A stretch of 64,000 nucleotides of DNA, taken from NCBI GenBank assembly GCA_965240325.2, contig OZ251222.1, positions 1,550,001 to 1,614,000 on the forward strand, in the 5' to 3' direction. This document shows, in pieces, positions 59,821-64,000 of the stretch (the stretch's first letter is position 1; every line of letters begins with the position of its first letter). The position numbers and the translations under genes were made by a program. The notes under the pieces are model-generated. The model was not told the origin of the DNA, searched no databases, and saw only the letters and a list, made by a program, of their open reading frames with translations. Origin of the DNA: Rebecca billardiae RCC1528. Its lineage: Eukaryota; Protista; Haptophyta.

Positions 59821-61758
59821 ATGACCGCGTTCCGCGGTCCTTCCGTAGAACCAACGTAGTTAGGGGCCCGCGGTGCACCCTCCGTCGGCTGCTGTCTCAG
59901 TCTGGTCAACATGGCGGGCCGATGAGGACTGTCGCCGCGGGCCCGCCGCGGCGTGAAGAAGAGTACGGACGGCGGCCGGGGCAGCGGCGCGCGCGCGCAG
60001 GGCGAGCCTGCCTTGAGGTGCTCGCGCTGCGCCACGCGCTCGACGACGGGCCGCTGGTCGCTCAGCCGGCGCGCCTCGTGCCGGCAGAGCGAGAGCGCGC
60101 ACCACTCTGCTGGCCCCACCCCCAGCGGCCCCAGCCTGCGCTCACGGCGCTGCGCAGCCGCGCACCGAGAGGCGAGACCGAGCGGAGCTCGGGGTGGAAC
60201 GAGGCGAGCGGCGGGTCGCGCCTGCCGCCGCGCGTGCGCGCCTGCTCCACCGCGCCACCGTGCTCGCCCGCCGCCTCCTCCGCCGCGTCGGCCTCGAAGC
60301 CACGGCGGCGGCCAGCCAGCCTCCGACCGAGGCGGAGCCCGTGCGTGCTCACTACTCACCCGGCGCGGTGGCGCCCTCGAGTCGACGGCCGTCTACTCCA
60401 CAGCTGGCTGCTCGAGCTGCTGCACGGGGCGTCGCGACGAGGGCGCCGCGCGCGCCCAGCGCGTCCGTCGCCGCGTCGCGCAGCGCGTCGAGCTCGGCGC
60501 CGCGCTTCGCCAGCTCGGCGCCCAGCGCCTCCGTGCGCACTCGTGCTCATTCGATAGTCGTCATCGCGCTCGTCGGCTCCGTGGCGAGCCCGCGGGGCGG
60601 ACGAGCGGACTACTGCGCGCCGCAGCAGGAGCAGCGCGCGGCGCGCAGCGCTCCGCGCGCAGCAGGGCCGTCTCCTCATCCACCGAGTGCACGGCCTGCG
60701 CGGCGGCGACGGCGGCGCGCGCCGCCGCGGGGGGACGGACGCGCTGCGGGCCGAGATGAGTCCGGCCGCCGAGCCGCGATGGCGGCGTCGGCGTGCGCGC
60801 CGGGCGAGGTGGGCGAGCTCACGCGCCCCGGGCTCAGCACGCCCGTGCACAGCGCCGGCCGCGGTGGCGAGCGCGCACCGCTCGGCCGCGGTGGCAACCG
60901 GCTGAGCGGTTGATGTTTGAAGCCGCGAGGTCAGCGACGTCTCCGATGACTCGGCCATGATTGTGGTCCTCCTTCGCCCACGGGTGCTTTGTCGACCATC
61001 CGCTGGAGGCGCGCCAACGTCGGTACGGACAGCGCCTGCTTGAGCGTCGTGATGTGCATCAGCTCGAGCCGGCCGAAGATGGGCCCGCCGACGGCGATGC
61101 CGATGATCATGCCATGTGCGTGTTTGCCGCTTGGGCACCCGTCCTCGTCGCGAGACGCTGGCGGGCGGGTAACCCATTTTTATTCTTTCATATGGCAAAG
61201 GAGGTTCATCCATCGAGGCAGGCGGGTAACTTGGTTTAACCAGCGCTATTCAAAATGTCAATCCCTTCATTATGACACTAGGAGGTTCATCCATCGAGAT
61301 AGACGGGTAACTTGGTTGACAAGCGCTATTGAAAAGAATCTCTTTTAATATGACGAGGCGGTTCATCCATCGAGGCAGGCGGGTAACGTATTTGAACAAG
61401 CACTATCAAAAAGAATCTGGCCTCATAGCTGTTTTCGACCCAAAACAATCAAACGTCGCTCGGCAAACTCGTACTTCAGCATACAAGAGGGGTAGGAATA
61501 CTCACTTGTTTCACCCCCGGGGTATCTGATCCCACGTCCGTCCATAGTAGATACAAGAATTGCAGCGGGCGCGGCCTTTTAAGCTGTGATGGACAGCATA
61601 CCCCCCCCCCCTCAAAAAGTCGAAAACTCACCCTCCAACTACAGCCCTCAAAATCGTCCCCCGTCCCCTTTTCTTTGATCAAAAGATCTTTTTGACAACG
61701 TAGTGAGGGCCCCCGGCGGGGCTCCACGCTACGCGCTCCGCCCTGCACCGCGGGCCAT
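59821..61758 (-). mobile_element. Non-autonomous Helentron/Helitron2-like element copy 3 with internal cargo
   Basis: 13-bp inverted repeats GGCCCGCGGTGCA (59865-59877) / TGCACCGCGGGCC (61744-61756). Same terminal hairpin (59823-59839). About 200 bp at the other end aligns by eye with 47600-47827. Internal tandem repeats. Confidence 0.7.
61195..61420. repeat. Three ~80-bp degenerate tandem repeats (core GGTTCATCCATCGAG..CGGGTAAC)
   Basis: Cores at about 61203, 61284 and 61359, with a partial CGGGTAAC near 61166. Confidence 0.85.
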
Positions 61759-61951
61759 AATGACTGCTATATAAGTAGGCGTTGCATCGCGGTTGCATGG
61801 CAACGATTCTTAGGAGTTAGCAGGGGCGGCATCATCATCATTCAGAAGAGCAGCGCCGTCGCCGCGGCTCGTCAGTGTCTAGGATCGTCAGATGATGGTC
61901 TACGGCCAGACCTTGATGATGGACTGGCGGTCGCTCTGTCACGCTGACAAT

Positions 61952-62762
61952 TTAGGACGAGAACAGGCTCTCGAGGATGCCCTTGTTCGTCGCCAGCTCC
62001 TGGCCGCACAGCCCGGCCGCCGCAAACATCGCGAGCCGACCGTTCGAGAGCTCACGCTCCTGCATGGCCTTGAACTCGGCCGCGTCCTTCGGCTTCATGC
62101 CGAGCGGGTCAAAGCCAATGTCACCGGGGTAGTAGTTCTCGCGGATGGTGAAGGCCGACTCCGTCGGCGGAACCCAGCCGACGAGCGCGCGGTACAGCTC
62201 GCCGACGCCGATCGCGATCGTCAGGACCGAGAACGCAAAGATGTTCTGCTGGGCGAGGTGCGAGTTGGCCGGGCCGCTGATGGCCGTCGGCGCGAGGAAG
62301 CTGCCGCCAAGCAGCGGCGCGACCGCCTCGCCAACAAAGTAGCCGATAACCGCGAGCATGGCGACGCGGCCGTGCATGACCTCCGACTCGCGAAGCCGCT
62401 TGATCTCGCTCATCGACTTGTCGCTGCTGAAGCCCGCGGGGTCGAACTGGCCGAGCGGCGCGATGGAGCCCGGAAGGCCACCGCAGAACGCGTTCTTGTC
62501 GTAAGTCCACCTGCACGCACAGGGGGTGAGCGCGACACAGGGGGTGAGCGCGACACGCGCGAGCGCCGAGCGCCGAGCACCGCACGCCCCCGCGCACTGC
62601 GCGCGCGCACCCGTTGAGCGAGGGGACCGCCGGCGCCACCGGCTCCGCCGGCGCCGCCGCGGGCTCGTCACTCATCCGCACGGACGCCGACAGCTGGCGG
62701 CGCGTCGACGTCTGCCGAAGCGGCGCCACGAGGGAGAGCACGCCGACGGTGAGCGCGAACAT
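61952..62762 (-). CDS. LHCX: Light-harvesting complex stress-related protein (Lhcx/LI818 family)
   Basis: RESEVMHGRVAMLA, ISGPANSH, ELYRALVGWVPP, YYPGDIGFDPLG, ELSNGRLAM, QEL..KGILE. Signal plus transit peptide. Exons 62762-62611 and 62510-61952. Confidence 0.92.
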
Positions 62763-63082
62763 CGTGTTTGACCGGGATGATGCGGTGATAGGTTCCGGTT
62801 GAGTGCCCAGTGCCCGCCAAGATGCGGGCATCTCGAAGGTACAGGTACCTACCCGCGTTCGCCTGTACTTACGGTGCGAATATATCAGCAAACGTGCGAT
62901 TCGGCCTATCAAGCGGGTACATTTACTCAGTTACTCACTGCTGTAAGACCCAAGTCCGGGAAGCTGTACGTTAGAAATCGTGCATAGTACCGGACTGGTC
63001 ATAGTGTGACCGACGACCGTTGGTTCACTGCTGCGCGAGTTGAACGTGCCGCGCGGGGCCCCCTTTGGCTGCGCGGGGGACG

Positions 63083-64000
63083 ATGCTCTCGCACGTGTTC
63101 CAGTCGCCGTACGTCAACCTGCTCAAGCTCCTGGACAAGTCGCACGTTCAGCTCCACGGCGATGCCAAGGAGTCGATCGACCGCACGATCGGCAAGAAGG
63201 TGTACGCGGTGCGCGGCCGTGTCGCGCCGGACAATTACATCCAGATCCCGACCGACCGCTCGCAGTCGCTCGGGCTGAAGGGGCGCTTCGTGTACGTGCA
63301 GCTCAAGCCGACGGCGGGCAAGCACTTCGTGCTCAACCTGACCTTCATGACCATCGGCCACGGCTCGCTGCACGTCTCGCTCTCGAACGCGTACAAGTCT
63401 CGCAAGCTGCTCGGCTCGGTGCTGCAGCTGCCGTACCCGGAGCCGAGCGACCGGTGGGCGACGATCGCGATCGATGGGCCGCGGCTCATCAAGGAGGTGT
63501 ACCCGTCGATCGCCGGCGACGGCTCGCTCGAGTACGTCTGCTTCAAGGCCCTGCACGGCACGGCGAGCTTCTCGCTGCGCGCCGTGTTCACCTCGGACGT
63601 CGCGTTCACGCCGAGCATTCTGCCGCGCGACGTCATCTTCCCGCTGCCGCGCAACGCGAGCTGGGAGCACCTGTACGCGTGGCAGTGGCTGCCCGCGGCG
63701 CCCGCGCCCGCGCTCGACGCCGCCGCCGACTCGCCCGACACCGCCGCGTCGCTGGGCGCGACGCAGCTGCTCAGCCCGGCGAGCACGGCCGGCCGCGCGT
63801 CGAACCGGCACGGCTCGCGCGCGCCGCGCGCGCGCAGCGGCAGCCCGTCGCCACGGCCCAAGTCGCGCGGGGGGACGGCGGGCGCCGAGAGCGAGAACGT
63901 CGCGCCGAAGCCCCACGCCTTCTCCGGCGGGCGCGTGCCCACGTGGGCCACGCCCGCCGAGCGGCCGGCGCCGACGCCGCGGCCGAAGCTCGACCCGACG
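63083..64000 (+). CDS. WDR90: WDR90/POC16-like centriolar protein, N-terminal CFA20 (DUF667) domain; 3'-partial
   Basis: Absent from the ORF track because there is no stop. Translates MLSHVFQSPYVNLLK..GKKVYAVRG..NYIQIP..QSLGLKGRFVYV..KHFV..VSLSNAYK..VFTSD..LPRDVIFPLP..SWEHLY, matching the WDR90 N-terminus as I recall it. Confidence 0.82.
   Translation, partial: MLSHVFQSPYVNLLKLLDKSHVQLHGDAKESIDRTIGKKVYAVRGRVAPDNYIQIPTDRSQSLGLKGRFVYVQLKPTAGKHFVLNLTFMTIGHGSLHVSLSNAYKSRKLLGSVLQLPYPEPSDRWATIAIDGPRLIKEVYPSIAGDGSLEYVCFKALHGTASFSLRAVFTSDVAFTPSILPRDVIFPLPRNASWEHLYAWQWLPAAPAPALDAAADSPDTAASLGATQLLSPASTAGRASNRHGSRAPRARSGSPSPRPKSRGGTAGAESENVAPKPHAFSGGRVPTWATPAERPAPTPRPKLDPT

Noticed and set aside
61195-61420. 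CRISPR-like array
   Set aside because: Only three degenerate units, the intervening sequences are related to each other, no cas genes, eukaryotic context.
62515-62556. 18-bp tandem duplication in the Lhcx intron
   Set aside because: Simple local slippage that duplicates a branch-point-like GCTCAC; no further evidence of function.

Overview
Very GC-rich, gene-dense, intron-containing eukaryotic DNA. The Lhcx gene, bipartite plastid presequences and short GTGCG...GCAG introns point to an alga with a secondary red plastid, most likely a haptophyte such as a Pavlovales species (inference). Most ORFs in the track are antisense or out-of-frame shadows. Genes read by hand, in order: (1) a 5'-truncated, intronless four-domain fusion of an AbiEii-type nucleotidyltransferase, a degenerate Ham1/ITPase, an uncharacterised duplicated 'FExH' domain and a T4 Rnl1-type RNA ligase; (2) one ~33 kb spliced gene for a ~9,800-10,000 aa single-pass surface protein with 5 capped LRR blocks, Ser-Pro linkers, 5 tandem RTX-like Gly/Asp modules with hypervariable loops, ~50 GCTD...C repeats, a TM helix and a repetitive cytoplasmic tail; (3) a CLC Cl-/H+ antiporter, glutaminyl cyclase, Fpg/MutM, a PSI-like-TM-RING ligase, a DUF1295 protein, an unknown membrane-anchored protein, PGK, JmjC-ankyrin, PPC decarboxylase, an SRCR protein, Lhcx and the 5' part of WDR90/POC16. 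Three intergenic regions carry copies of a non-autonomous element with Helentron/Helitron2-like ends and unrelated interiors. Best candidates for undescribed biology: the nucleotidyltransferase/RNA-ligase fusion, the giant diversified surface protein, and the element family.
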